Assembly (NCBI GenBank): GCA_964579625.1
Contig: CAZOGU010000008.1
Location: 848 to 64,847 of the forward strand
Source: an uncultured Pseudobdellovibrionaceae bacterium
GTDB lineage: Bacteria > Bdellovibrionota > Bdellovibrionia > Bdellovibrionales > JAGQZY01
Length of the DNA stretch: 64,000 bases
Reading direction: 5' to 3'
Both the position numbers and the translations under genes were made by a program. Of the stretch, positions 1 to 9,614 are shown one piece after another. The notes under the pieces are model-generated. The model was not told the origin of the DNA, did not search any database, and saw only the letters and a program-made list of their open reading frames with translations. Numbering within the stretch: the stretch's first letter is position 1; each line of letters opens with the position of its first letter.

Positions 1-410
1 CAACGAGCTACGCGCTGATTGAATTTCGTGATTCTTTTGAACTGCAAATCATGCATCATAACGGGACAGAGTTTATGCCCATTCATCAGGGACTGATTAC
101 TGGATATGATCTTGCTCTCCTCAAAGAAAAAGCAGATTTCTTTAAACTGATGGGCACGCGGCAGGTTGTTACTTTTAAAAAAGAAGAATGTACGAACAAA
201 AACGAAGAATGGTCTTGTGTTAAAAAAGAAGAAGTCACTCTAGGACAACTTAAAAGCAAAAGTCTTAGTTTTTCTATCACGGATAAAGTTACGCAAACTT
301 CTAAATACACTGCTGAACAAAAGATCGCCCAGATCTCAGTTGTCGTCGGCTACCATGGTTACTCTTCCCCCATGGAATACGACAAAAAGAATTGCGTTTT
401 CTATCCTTAG
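1..410 (+). CDS. hypothetical protein, 5' end cut by window edge
   Basis: The frame of listed ORF 51..410 stays open back to base 3 (TSYALIEFRDSFELQI-MHHN), so the CDS probably starts upstream of the window. No recognisable motif. Confidence 0.4.
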   Translation, partial: TSYALIEFRDSFELQIMHHNGTEFMPIHQGLITGYDLALLKEKADFFKLMGTRQVVTFKKEECTNKNEEWSCVKKEEVTLGQLKSKSLSFSITDKVTQTSKYTAEQKIAQISVVVGYHGYSSPMEYDKKNCVFYP

Positions 411-533
411 AGGAAGGTTTCTCAATATCGTCGATCTCTTAAACACCTTTGAACCCCTTTCTCAGATTGAATGGATGGGGAGGGTTTTAAGCAAAGTGTC
501 GACATCCTAGTCAGTCATTCCTGGACGAAGGTT

Positions 534-567
534 TGATAGTTTGACGGTTTATGCCGTTAAACTATCA
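534..567 (+). promoter_or_regulatory. 14-bp inverted repeat abutting the start codon of the SleB-like gene
   Basis: tgatagtttgacgg (534-547) pairs with ccgttaaactatca (554-567) with one G:T position and a 6-nt loop. The last base of the right arm is the A of the ATG at 567. Confidence 0.35.
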
Positions 568-1049
568 TGCGCTTAAAAATATCGAACATTACATATTGGG
601 CTTTCGCAATGTTGTTCTTAGAAGGTTGCTCCACACTCAAGGATTCGTCTCAAAAAAATACATCAACTCACAAACAGATGATGTGTCTTGCTGAGGCTAT
701 TCATGGTGAGGCCCGTGGGGAAACTGAAGAAGGAAAGATCTTTGTCGGACGGGTGATCATTACCCGAGTCAAAAAGGGCTATGGTAAAAACTATTGTGAT
801 GTTGTTTATTCTAAAAGACAGTTCGCTCCTAAAAAACGACCTAAGCAGGCTTCTATATTAGCCGCTCAAAAATCGCAAAAATTAGGTCCTAACGGAGTCA
901 CGCATTTTCATTCTTACAAAGTGCAACGGACGCCAGCTGCAATATTTTCAACGGCTCCCCATTGCGAATCCAAAGGGAAAGTGGGCGGCCATTGGGGCTT
1001 TACTTGCTTTGAACATGGCATGCGAAAAACCGCGAGCAGTGAAGACTGA
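567..1049 (+). CDS. SleB/CwlJ-like cell wall hydrolase (Hydrolase_2 family) lipoprotein
   Basis: CLAEAIHGEARGE..GKIFVGRVIITRV..YCDVVYSKRQF matches the SleB-type hydrolase core. Signal peptide with lipobox LEGC. Confidence 0.65.
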   Translation: MRLKISNITYWAFAMLFLEGCSTLKDSSQKNTSTHKQMMCLAEAIHGEARGETEEGKIFVGRVIITRVKKGYGKNYCDVVYSKRQFAPKKRPKQASILAAQKSQKLGPNGVTHFHSYKVQRTPAAIFSTAPHCESKGKVGGHWGFTCFEHGMRKTASSED

Positions 1050-1154
1050 TCAAACAATAATTGTCTATCTCTTTTAGCCAAATCGAATATTCCATTGCAA
1101 ACTCTTGGCATAGATGTTGAATACTGAGCCTTGCAACACTAACCAAGAGGTTAA

Positions 1155-1796
1155 ATGCATCTATTTTATAAATTAATTCAAACGGCTCTGTTTGTTTGTT
1201 TTTGCTCGAGCGCAGTTGCTGCAAATGTGATTATTGATGAAAAACCAGCTGCTCAACCTAACGCATTACAATTTTATGGCGAAACTGCGCCTATCGTTTC
1301 TGAAGAGCAGCTTCAATCTGACATAAACAGCATTAAACAAGCCCTTATAAATAAAAATAAGAACGCAACAATTTATATTCGCTATGCATTCGCTGAAGTA
1401 GCAAACTCGGATACTGACATCTATGTGAGTTTAGGAAATTGCTTCGAGAATAAGGATCGACAAGCTATTGTCAGCTACACAAAATGTTCAGAATCAATTA
1501 AATACAAATTTGTTGGCATTACAGTAGATCCAAAAGGATTTGGAGCTCTAAATAGTAGCTACCTCTACTATCGAGTCGTAACTCAAAGCGAAGTCAAAAT
1601 TTTAGCCGAGACCAAATCAAAAGATATGACGAAAGATTTTCTTGCTGCGGCCATGAAAGATAAAAAATTATTTGATACAGTTAAAACCAATCCTTATCCA
1701 AGTGTATTTTGTTCTTCACTTGAAAAGATGGGCTATAATCCATCTTTTAACGATGAAGAAAAAGCGATCATCAAACAGTGTTTAAAATTAAATTAA
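1155..1796 (+). CDS. hypothetical secreted protein
   Basis: N-terminal signal peptide (..FVCFCSSAVAA), AGAGG Shine-Dalgarno upstream, no recognised domain. Confidence 0.55.
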   Translation: MHLFYKLIQTALFVCFCSSAVAANVIIDEKPAAQPNALQFYGETAPIVSEEQLQSDINSIKQALINKNKNATIYIRYAFAEVANSDTDIYVSLGNCFENKDRQAIVSYTKCSESIKYKFVGITVDPKGFGALNSSYLYYRVVTQSEVKILAETKSKDMTKDFLAAAMKDKKLFDTVKTNPYPSVFCSSLEKMGYNPSFNDEEKAIIKQCLKLN

Positions 1797-1827
1797 ATTG
1801 TCAAATTGATATAATTAACTAGATCAG

Positions 1828-1856
1828 AAAGCCTCTTGATAAAGAGGCTTTTTATT
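1828..1856. terminator. bidirectional intrinsic terminator between convergent genes
   Basis: Stem gcctctt (1831-1837) / aagaggc (1842-1848) with loop gata. An A-run lies upstream and tttttattt downstream. It sits between the stops at 1796 (+) and 1870 (-). Confidence 0.7.
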
Positions 1857-1869
1857 TAAAAAATCACAT

Positions 1870-2376
1870 CTAGGCAGCAGCTCCGCAGCACTTTTTATAC
1901 TTCTTACCACTTCCACAAACACAAGGATCATTGCGACCAACTTTAGGCTCCTCACGCACGATCGGCGCCTGTGGCGCATGGTGGTGGTGATGCCCTTGTC
2001 CTTCTTCGTGAACATGAGAATCTCCATCCACAAAATACCACTTTTCACCAATTTTTCGAAACGTCGAGTACTCATGATGTTCGTAGACTTTGCCTTTTGA
2101 TTTGTACTTAGCAATAAATTCGACCTTGTTTGCTTTGGCTTCAACGATTTCAAGCCCCAGCCATTCAGACTGCGCCCAGGCTAAAACATCTTTTTCGATA
2201 AACGAAGATCTTTGCTCTGGCGCCAAAGTGTTTCGAATATAGCTGATCTCTTTTTTAACGTGCGCTGTGTAGCGCGAGCGCATCAGCTCCTCGGGGTTTT
2301 TAGCGAGCTGTTTTCCTTGTATTAAAGGCTCACAGCAGCTGCTGTAGTCCTTGCCGCTTCCGCAATCGCAATTCAT
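1870..2376 (-). CDS. ychJ: YchJ-family protein with N- and C-terminal SEC-C metal-binding motifs
   Basis: [13 protein letters not shown] at the N-terminus and [16 protein letters not shown] at the C-terminus. The ~160-aa size fits UPF0225/YchJ. Confidence 0.8.
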   Translation of the reverse strand: MNCDCGSGKDYSSCCEPLIQGKQLAKNPEELMRSRYTAHVKKEISYIRNTLAPEQRSSFIEKDVLAWAQSEWLGLEIVEAKANKVEFIAKYKSKGKVYEHHEYSTFRKIGEKWYFVDGDSHVHEEGQGHHHHHAPQAPIVREEPKVGRNDPCVCGSGKKYKKCCGAAA

Positions 2377-2663
2377 GTTGTATTTCCTTTCTGAAAATCA
2401 CTCCATTGTTGACGAGTGAGTAGAGTCACTGACTTCGAATTTGGATCAAAGGTAATTAAAAATTCTTTGCTTTCGATTTTTTTTTGAACTTGCGAAAACT
2501 TTTTCTCAAAATCCATTTCGTGGACTCCGTAGTCTGTACCTTCACGTAAAATAAAGTTTTCGATAATCCCTTTCAACGCCTCTGCACTCAAGTCATGAGG
2601 TTGAATCAGAACTGGAGGCTGAACCTGATCGGAGGAGGGCTGAGAGAACTCGTCTTTTTGCAT
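2373..2663 (-). CDS. yheU: YheU-family protein (UPF0270)
   Basis: [20 protein letters not shown] resembles the E. coli YheU core ([17 protein letters not shown]). Its stop overlaps the ychJ-like start by 4 nt. Confidence 0.65.
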   Translation of the reverse strand: MQKDEFSQPSSDQVQPPVLIQPHDLSAEALKGIIENFILREGTDYGVHEMDFEKKFSQVQKKIESKEFLITFDPNSKSVTLLTRQQWSDFQKGNTT

Positions 2664-2714
2664 AGGAGAAATGATCCCACAAAACGAACCCAGAGTGTAG
2701 CTGAAATCATTCGC

Positions 2715-3167
2715 TTAGGACGATGGCATCGAAAAAGAGGTTAAATCGTGCTTTCTTTTAAGAAGATCTGGCACTGGCCCCTCGCGAAAGGTTTGACGAG
2801 GCGTCCCTCCACCCAACTGAATGATCGAATTGAAAACCGAGATTTCTTCTTCGTATCCAAGGCCCATCACAAATATTTTTCCCTCGAGATCACAAAATTG
2901 AATAGGCCCTTCACGACGGATTCCGTAAAAATCAAAAAGACCTGTCGTGAGGAACGTCATCTGAATTCCATCCTCTGTGGTTTGTAGAAAAAAATAGGAC
3001 CCTTGTGTGCCATTTACAAAACCTTTTAAACCCAAAGGGGGAACAACGGCTTGCAATTGTTTAAGCTGGGGAGACTTGTCAAAATCCGCAAAGCGGGAGG
3101 CACACACCGGCGAAGCGGCTTGGGCTTCTAAAGCAAATATCAAACTCAACGTCCAACAACGAATCAT
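2715..3167 (-). CDS. hypothetical secreted protein
   Basis: Signal peptide MIRCWTLSLIFALEAQA, AGGAG directly upstream of the ATG, no recognised domain. Confidence 0.5.
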   Translation of the reverse strand: MIRCWTLSLIFALEAQAASPVCASRFADFDKSPQLKQLQAVVPPLGLKGFVNGTQGSYFFLQTTEDGIQMTFLTTGLFDFYGIRREGPIQFCDLEGKIFVMGLGYEEEISVFNSIIQLGGGTPRQTFREGPVPDLLKRKHDLTSFSMPSS

Positions 3168-3312
3168 CTCCTAATAGTTTAACATATTTCACCCAAAGGC
3201 TCGCTCTGATGTTTCATTTTGAGACAGGGCTCATTTTTGTCACTTCGAACTGTTGACTGTTCAAAAAGTGTCTAGTTTTGAGACTCAAGTGGAATATAGA
3301 GGCCATTGACAG

Positions 3313-3328
3313 TGGTCCCGGCCTTGCT
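3313..3328 (+). promoter_or_regulatory. candidate sigma54 (-24/-12) promoter upstream of Glt-like cluster 1
   Basis: TGGtcccggccTTGCT has the GG and GC dinucleotides at the canonical spacing of TGGCAC-N5-TTGCW. It lies 42 nt upstream of the ATG at 3370. Confidence 0.35.
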
Positions 3329-3369
3329 CTTTAGGACATCGGAGAAGTCTACAAAATATTGGAGGATAT

Positions 3370-4035
3370 ATGATTACTCAATTAGGAACATTTTTTATGG
3401 CAGGCGGATTTTGGATGTACCCCATCCTGGCCGTTCAAATCGTTAGCATGGCATTAATCTTCGAAAGATATTATGCCCTTTACCTTAAGCGTTCTTTAAA
3501 CGCACGCGACATCGTTGATCATATGGAAAAAGACATTAAATCAGCACAGTTTGATCATATTGTTTCAAAAACAAGCCGCTCAGGCAACGAAGCTTTAACA
3601 GCTCTCACAAAAGTAGGCGTTCAATCGACTCTCGATCATAGCGGACGCGAAGAATTACAACATAAAATGGACGAAATTCTGATCGAAGAATCAGGACGTG
3701 TGGATTCAAGACTTGGTTTTATATCAATGCTTGCCAATGTTGCAACTCTTCTTGGACTTCTTGGAACCATCGTCGGTCTTATTAAATCATTCTCAGGGAT
3801 TGCCAATGCGACTGCTGCTGAAAAAGCACGAATCCTTGCAGAAGGTGTGGGCGAGGCGATGAGTGCCACAGCTTACGGATTGATCGTTGCTGTTCCTGCT
3901 TTGATTGCTTTTGCGATCTTACAAAACAGAGCCAACACATTGGTTGAAGATCTTCATAAAGCCGCTTTAAGAATGTACATCTGGTTGGGCTTTAACATTG
4001 ATTCGGTTTCTTCAAAAAAACAACGCGCGAAGTAA
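3370..4035 (+). CDS. MotA/TolQ/ExbB-family proton channel (AglR-like), cluster 1
   Basis: SMLANVATLLGLLGTIVGLIKSF and GVGEAMSATAYGLIVAVPALIAF are classic TolQ/ExbB TM2-TM3 signatures. GGAGG Shine-Dalgarno upstream. Confidence 0.9.
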   Translation: MITQLGTFFMAGGFWMYPILAVQIVSMALIFERYYALYLKRSLNARDIVDHMEKDIKSAQFDHIVSKTSRSGNEALTALTKVGVQSTLDHSGREELQHKMDEILIEESGRVDSRLGFISMLANVATLLGLLGTIVGLIKSFSGIANATAAEKARILAEGVGEAMSATAYGLIVAVPALIAFAILQNRANTLVEDLHKAALRMYIWLGFNIDSVSSKKQRAK

Positions 4036-4075
4036 TTGACGTAACGTTATTTAATTATTTACCAGAGGACTGTTT

Positions 4076-4522
4076 ATGAGCTCGTTTAGAAAAGAAATTG
4101 AATTCGAACTGAACCTGATACCGTTTATTGATATGTTATCAGCTTGTTTAAGTTTTCTCCTTCTGACAGCCGTATGGTCTTACATCGGTTCGATTGACAC
4201 CCACCAGGCGATTGGCGCAGAAAGTACGAATGGCGCTAATAATCCTCCATCACTGGTGGTTCAGGTTGCAGGAGACCGCAGCTTCCAATTTGACCTTAAA
4301 GATGTAAAAACCAAAAATAAACAGTTCACAATTAAATCACGAAATGGCGAACCCAATTGGGAAAAGATCGATAACTTCCTTGTTTCTGTTCGCAAAAGTA
4401 TCCCTGATCTCAATACATCTGTGGTGATTTCAAAACCAGGTGTTTCTTATGGATTGACGATGAAAACCGTTGATTCTTTACGCAAAGCCGAAATTAAAAA
4501 CGTTGGAATCTCTCCAATCTAA
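4076..4522 (+). CDS. ExbD/TolR-family protein (AglQ/AglS-like), cluster 1 copy a
   Basis: Single N-terminal TM with a conserved Asp (NLIPFIDMLSACLSFLLLTAV) and a periplasmic ExbD-type domain. Confidence 0.85.
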   Translation: MSSFRKEIEFELNLIPFIDMLSACLSFLLLTAVWSYIGSIDTHQAIGAESTNGANNPPSLVVQVAGDRSFQFDLKDVKTKNKQFTIKSRNGEPNWEKIDNFLVSVRKSIPDLNTSVVISKPGVSYGLTMKTVDSLRKAEIKNVGISPI

Positions 4523-4534
4523 AAAGGAATAATT

Positions 4535-5020
4535 ATGAGAACAATGATCAACACCCATCATATTCCTCAGCCAACGACAAGAGGTCTGCTTTTAAGAAAA
4601 AATCAAAGCAAACTTCGTAAAAACATTCAAGCGACAATCACCCTCACTTCGTTGATTGACGCTTTTGTGATTATTGTTCTTTATCTCGTGGTTTGTAACT
4701 CTCCCAGCGAAAGCATGAACCTCGAAGATCAAATCGTTTTACCACAAGCCAAAATTTCCAATCAACTGGATGGGTCTCCGGTCATCACGTTTAAAAACAA
4801 TCAGTTTATGATTGACGGACAGATCGTAAGAGAAGCTGACCTAAGCAAACATTTGTCGCGCATTACAGGCAATCTAAAAAATAAAATTGCGAACAAAGAA
4901 CCCTCTATTATCTTACAAGCCGACGAAAAAGTGGATTTTCATAAACTCCAACCGTTCTTAACAGCCTCGGCCCATGCGGGCATTAAGAATGTTAAATTTG
5001 CAGTCTATCAACAGGAGTAA
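4535..5020 (+). CDS. ExbD/TolR-family protein (AglQ/AglS-like), cluster 1 copy b
   Basis: TM with a conserved Asp (ITLTSLIDAFVIIVLYLVV). C-terminal IILQADEKVDFHKLQPFL is typical of ExbD/TolR. Confidence 0.85.
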   Translation: MRTMINTHHIPQPTTRGLLLRKNQSKLRKNIQATITLTSLIDAFVIIVLYLVVCNSPSESMNLEDQIVLPQAKISNQLDGSPVITFKNNQFMIDGQIVREADLSKHLSRITGNLKNKIANKEPSIILQADEKVDFHKLQPFLTASAHAGIKNVKFAVYQQE

Positions 5021-5023
5021 TCG

Positions 5024-7999
5024 ATGCGTACGCAGATCCGTCTTCTCAGCATCATGGTTTCCATCGGTCTAATGACAGCCGTGTCGTTGGCTGATAAAAT
5101 GGATCTTAATACTCATACGGTCGTTATTGATCGTCTTCGTCAAATTATAAAAACTCTAGACCCCTCAGATGTTTCCAAAGTCCCTTCGACTCTCAGACTT
5201 GCTGATCTTCTTGCCGAACGATCACGTCTTAAAGCTCTTGCCGAGGTTGAACAAAACTGCACAAATTGCCTAAAAGCTAAAGAAGACCGCATCGAGGCTG
5301 TTCAGCATTATGAAGATGTCATCGCACAACTCAAAGACGATCAACGTGGACATGCGATGAGCCAAAAAGCTCATCTTCACTTAAGCTTAAATCAGATTTC
5401 ACAGGCCGAAAAGCTACAGCTTCAAATCACCAAAGAGGGACGCAAGCGTCACCGCGGAGAAATTCTTGGGCAAGCTCATGCCGCTCTCGGCGATATTTAC
5501 TTCCAGAAGTCCGAATTTAAAAAAGCCAAAGCCGAGTACGAAAAATCTCTCAATATCGAAGAAACACAGCAAAAAGGTCTTGTTCATTACCGCTTGGCTT
5601 GGTGTTTGTTTAACTTAGACAAAGTTTCGCAAGCAATTTCAAAACTTGAAATGGTTTTGCAAAATCCAAAATTAACTGAGTATAAAGGCGCCGAAGGAAT
5701 CAGCCAGGACGAATCGTTTAAAATCGATGTTTCAAAAGACCTTGCCTCTTTTTACGCTCGCACCACCATCACTCATAAAACTTTGAACAAAGTGATTAAC
5801 CTTAGCCCTGCAAGCCACCGCATGGAAAACATCCGTTATCTTGCGACCGAAGCCGATCGCCTCGGTAAAAAGAAGGAAGCCGCTTTGGCTTGGGTCTTTT
5901 ACCTTTCAAATACAGATCAAAAGAAAGACGCTCTCGAAGCTCAAGTACGTATTATGAAATTAAAGCGCGACACGGGCGATCTCAATGGCGCGCTTCAGTT
6001 ATTTGCACAGATCAAAGAAACATGGAAAAAGCAAGGCTGTGGAGATCGTTGTGATGAACTCCAAGGCGAAATCCGCCAGTGGATTATTAACTGGAACCGC
6101 GAAGAGAAAAAGATTCAATCCACCCAGCTGACTTTGGCTTATGGTACTTACAGCGAGCTTTTCCCTCAGGACGAAGAAATGCTTCTTCTTGGTGCAACCG
6201 CTGCCCAACAGAGAAAACAGTATAAAAATGCTTACGAGTTCTTTAGACAAGCTGCCACCGTCAGCCATTACAATTTGAACAAATCAAAAAACACAGACGA
6301 AGAAAAGAAGAAACGCACTGAGGTCTTAAACAACTCTCTGGTTGGCGAAATGGACATGGCCGAAACTCTTAAAAATTCAGAATTGCGCATGGCTGCTTAC
6401 CAACATTACCTCACCCTTAACGAAAACGGGGAGCGCGCCTACGAAGTTCGATACCAAATCGCAAAACTTCATTTCGAATTGAAAAACTTTGAAAAAGCGG
6501 CAAACGACTTCCGTTTGTTAGCCATCGATGAAAAAGACAAGTCTCATCAAAAAGAAAAAGTCGAAGCCGCTCATTTGGCTTTGAACTCTTTGATCCAAAT
6601 AAAAAAAGACGAAATCATCGAAGTGTGGAGTCTTGATTTTGCCAATCGTTTTAAAGCTGAGCGAAACGAATTCTATAAAATTCATCGCAAATCAGTTTTA
6701 AATACAGTCGCAGTTAAAATCAACCAGAAGAAGGCCACGGCATCGGATCTCACTAAACTGAAGTCTGTATCCATGGTCGATAGCACTCCGCAAGAGAAGA
6801 AAAACCTCTACAAGAACATGTATCTTTTGTCCTTACATCTTAAAAACTTTAAGGAAGCTCTTCATGCCAACTTAAACACTTTGGCTCTTAAAGATCTTTC
6901 TCAACAAGAACGCCAACAAGCTTTACAAGATCGTATTTGGCTCGCGGAAATGGAACTGGACTACAAAGAAGCTTATCAAGTCACGAAACAACTTGCTGGC
7001 TCCATGACTGCTGAAAAATCATTAAAATTGATTTGGTTAGCCGAAATGGCTCATCTAAAACAAGACTCTCATGAACAGGATTTCTTAAAGTTGAGTCGCA
7101 ATAAAAATCTTCGCGCCACGGTGATCGCTCGCCGTATTCTACGCCAAATGCTTCCACAAAAAGAACTTAAAAAACATCTCAATGAACTTTCACAGTCTCC
7201 GGATGTATTAGCTAAATTGGGTCTAGAGATTTATTCAAAAACCAATAATAAACAGATTTTAGAAGATATCTTTAAATTCACTTCTGTACGTAAGAGCCAA
7301 TACGCTGGACTTATTTCGAGACTCTTAAGTTATTCTTTAATTCAAAAAGATATTGCGCAAATTTCTTCGGCGCGATTAAAGCCACAAAGTCAGACAGCAC
7401 TTAAGAAATCACTTGAAGATCGCATTCAAAAACTGTCTCACTTTGAGACAGCTCTTAAAAACTCGGTCAAAAGTCGAGACCTGATCCTGCAAGCTATTTT
7501 CCTCAACGTGCTCAAGTATGAATATGCGCGTCTCCACAAAGACCTTATAAGCCTCCCATTACCTCGTGGCTTAAACAAAGAACAAACAGAGCAATACAAA
7601 GGGCTCTTAGCACAGCAGGCTCAACCTTACCTCGCCAAGTCTGATAAAATCGAAGAGAAACTTCAGGTTCTGTGGGGACAAGGGGAGTGGACTGATGCTT
7701 TAGCCAATAACTACAAAGCGGCTCGCGTCGAATACAAAGCAGCTCTTAAAGAAGACATCAATCATCTCATTCGTCATGCGCCACCTTCTAAAGCACGAGC
7801 TCTTCAACAAGCTCTCAATGACAAATTCAACTACCCAAGCTCTCTGTCCGTACAACAAGCACAAAGCAATGTACGTAAGAATCCGTTCGACGAGAGCCCC
7901 GTTTTAAAACTCAAAGATCTCGAGCAACAACGTGGGAATGACTTTACAGTCACTCATTTAGAGGCTCGCCTCAATCAAATGAAAGGGTTATTCCGATGA
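5024..7999 (+). CDS. large secreted TPR scaffold protein (GltD/AgmU-like), cluster 1
   Basis: 991 aa with a signal peptide and TPR-like helical repeats throughout. Collinear paralog of 56140..59091, sharing the CTNC/CTVC and C..D.C cysteine pairs. Confidence 0.7.
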   Translation: MRTQIRLLSIMVSIGLMTAVSLADKMDLNTHTVVIDRLRQIIKTLDPSDVSKVPSTLRLADLLAERSRLKALAEVEQNCTNCLKAKEDRIEAVQHYEDVIAQLKDDQRGHAMSQKAHLHLSLNQISQAEKLQLQITKEGRKRHRGEILGQAHAALGDIYFQKSEFKKAKAEYEKSLNIEETQQKGLVHYRLAWCLFNLDKVSQAISKLEMVLQNPKLTEYKGAEGISQDESFKIDVSKDLASFYARTTITHKTLNKVINLSPASHRMENIRYLATEADRLGKKKEAALAWVFYLSNTDQKKDALEAQVRIMKLKRDTGDLNGALQLFAQIKETWKKQGCGDRCDELQGEIRQWIINWNREEKKIQSTQLTLAYGTYSELFPQDEEMLLLGATAAQQRKQYKNAYEFFRQAATVSHYNLNKSKNTDEEKKKRTEVLNNSLVGEMDMAETLKNSELRMAAYQHYLTLNENGERAYEVRYQIAKLHFELKNFEKAANDFRLLAIDEKDKSHQKEKVEAAHLALNSLIQIKKDEIIEVWSLDFANRFKAERNEFYKIHRKSVLNTVAVKINQKKATASDLTKLKSVSMVDSTPQEKKNLYKNMYLLSLHLKNFKEALHANLNTLALKDLSQQERQQALQDRIWLAEMELDYKEAYQVTKQLAGSMTAEKSLKLIWLAEMAHLKQDSHEQDFLKLSRNKNLRATVIARRILRQMLPQKELKKHLNELSQSPDVLAKLGLEIYSKTNNKQILEDIFKFTSVRKSQYAGLISRLLSYSLIQKDIAQISSARLKPQSQTALKKSLEDRIQKLSHFETALKNSVKSRDLILQAIFLNVLKYEYARLHKDLISLPLPRGLNKEQTEQYKGLLAQQAQPYLAKSDKIEEKLQVLWGQGEWTDALANNYKAARVEYKAALKEDINHLIRHAPPSKARALQQALNDKFNYPSSLSVQQAQSNVRKNPFDESPVLKLKDLEQQRGNDFTVTHLEARLNQMKGLFR

Positions 8000-8301
8000 A
8001 CCGACTTTTTCTTCTTATCCAAATCCTCGTTTTAACTCTCGGACTCAATACTCTCGCGCAAGCCAAGAGTTCGAAGTCCAAAAAACAACAAAACCAACAG
8101 GTGACAAAAAAAGTCACCCAAAAGGCCCAAGACAGTCAACTGGGCACCAACTTCTCGTTCGAAGCGGCCTCAGTTCGCGGTAAATACCAAACGGCGGGTC
8201 AGGGAATTGCAATGGTAGAGGACGAAAAGGTTCTTGATGACCTTCTCGGCTTAAGACGATCGTTTAAAGATAGAGAAGCTCAAGAGAATTCAAGACGGTA
8301 A
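7996..8301 (+). CDS. small secreted protein (GltF-like position), cluster 1
   Basis: Signal peptide. The C-terminal motif GKY..(V)E.(E/D)KVLD.LL..R..FKDR is shared with 55842..56129. ATGA overlap with the upstream gene. Confidence 0.6.
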   Translation: MNRLFLLIQILVLTLGLNTLAQAKSSKSKKQQNQQVTKKVTQKAQDSQLGTNFSFEAASVRGKYQTAGQGIAMVEDEKVLDDLLGLRRSFKDREAQENSRR

Positions 8302-8327
8302 TGAGAAAGCTAATGTAGGGATCAATT

Positions 8328-9605
8328 ATGGGATGTTTTGTACTTCAAAATAAAAATAAGCAGACCGTGAGAACTTTCCTTTGGGAAAGCCCTTCTCTTA
8401 TCCTTATTCATCGCCAGGATAACGGTCGCGTCGAAGCCGTTCACTCAACCACAGAACTTGATAAAGACGAAGTTCCGTATGCATTACTTCTCACCACAAC
8501 TAAAAAAGAAGTTCAAGCCAAAGATATTTCTATCAGTGGTATCGGCTATTTAAGTTACAAAGAACAAATCAATCACTTTACTCCGACATATAATCTTCAA
8601 AAAGAAGAATCGAATCTTAAAAAAACCTTCCAATACTCAACCATCACACATGTCAGCATTATCGCGTTTTTCGTTTTATTAAGCTTTATTACAAATTACT
8701 TCTTTAAAGATGAAAAAATTGAGCCTGTTGTTGTAACAATCAATACCGAGCAGCAGCCCATTGAACAGTTTGTTGAACCTAAGAAAAAAGAAACTGTTAA
8801 AATGGCCGAAAAAATCATCAACAAACAACCAAAAATGATGGATGTTAAAAAATCCAACGTTACTAAAAAGATTCAACCTAAAAAAGTCACTGTTGTTAAA
8901 AATATTCCAATTCGTAAAGATGTTCCAGCCAATCGCAAAGGTCCCAATGTTCATCAGATGGGTGTTCTTGGTGCTCTCTCTTCGATGAAGAAAAGCAATG
9001 CTTCAAGTCTCGATTTAAATGGCGTGGGTGAAGGTGGTCGCGGTTCGGGCGGTCGTGGATACGGTGGCTTTGGAAATGGCGGCGGCGGACTTGGTGAAGG
9101 TCTTAAAGGCGGAGCCAGTGGTGCTCTTCCTGGAAAAGGTCTTTTGGCTTCAAGCCCAGGTGCAGGTTCGCAAGCAATGGGTGCTGGTGGTTATGGATCT
9201 TCTGGATCCGGTGGCGGACGACATGGTTTAGGTGGCGGGATTTCTTTCCGCGGTCAGTCGGGTGCTTTTATGGCGCCTCTCACAGAAGAAGCTTCGGTTG
9301 AAAGCGGTTTGGATCGCGATCAAATTGCGGCCGTCGTACAAAAAAACATGGGTCAAATTATTTACTGTTACGAAATGGGTCTTCAGGGTCGTCCAGAACT
9401 TCGCGGTCGTTTGACAGCGCATTGGATGATCAATAGTCAGGGACGCGTGAACACATCACAGATTGCCCACTCAAGCGTGGGTGATAGCAAAGTCGAAAGC
9501 TGTATTGCAGGTAAAATTAAAGGTTGGAAGTTTCCAAAACCAATCGGTGGAGTGAATGTGGATGTTGATTATCCATTTGAACTTCGTCGTGTGAGTCAAA
9601 GGTAG
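8328..9605 (+). CDS. bitopic Gly-rich protein with AgmX/PglI (TonB-C-like) C-terminal domain (GltG-like), cluster 1
   Basis: Cytoplasmic N-domain, one TM (ITHVSIIAFFVLLSFITNYFF), a K/P-rich then G-rich linker. C-terminal IAAVVQKNMGQIIYCYE..GRV..CIAGKIKGWKFPKPIGGVNVDVDYPFEL. Confidence 0.8.
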   Translation: MGCFVLQNKNKQTVRTFLWESPSLILIHRQDNGRVEAVHSTTELDKDEVPYALLLTTTKKEVQAKDISISGIGYLSYKEQINHFTPTYNLQKEESNLKKTFQYSTITHVSIIAFFVLLSFITNYFFKDEKIEPVVVTINTEQQPIEQFVEPKKKETVKMAEKIINKQPKMMDVKKSNVTKKIQPKKVTVVKNIPIRKDVPANRKGPNVHQMGVLGALSSMKKSNASSLDLNGVGEGGRGSGGRGYGGFGNGGGGLGEGLKGGASGALPGKGLLASSPGAGSQAMGAGGYGSSGSGGGRHGLGGGISFRGQSGAFMAPLTEEASVESGLDRDQIAAVVQKNMGQIIYCYEMGLQGRPELRGRLTAHWMINSQGRVNTSQIAHSSVGDSKVESCIAGKIKGWKFPKPIGGVNVDVDYPFELRRVSQR

Positions 9606-9614
9606 GGGTGTTGT

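Noticed and set aside
8679-9422. ORFs 8679..8954, 9019..9231, 9228..9422 and 9232..9414, inside the AgmX-like gene.
   Set aside because: They are frame artefacts of the K-rich and Gly-rich linker. The sense frame has the conserved C-terminal domain and a paralog in cluster 2.
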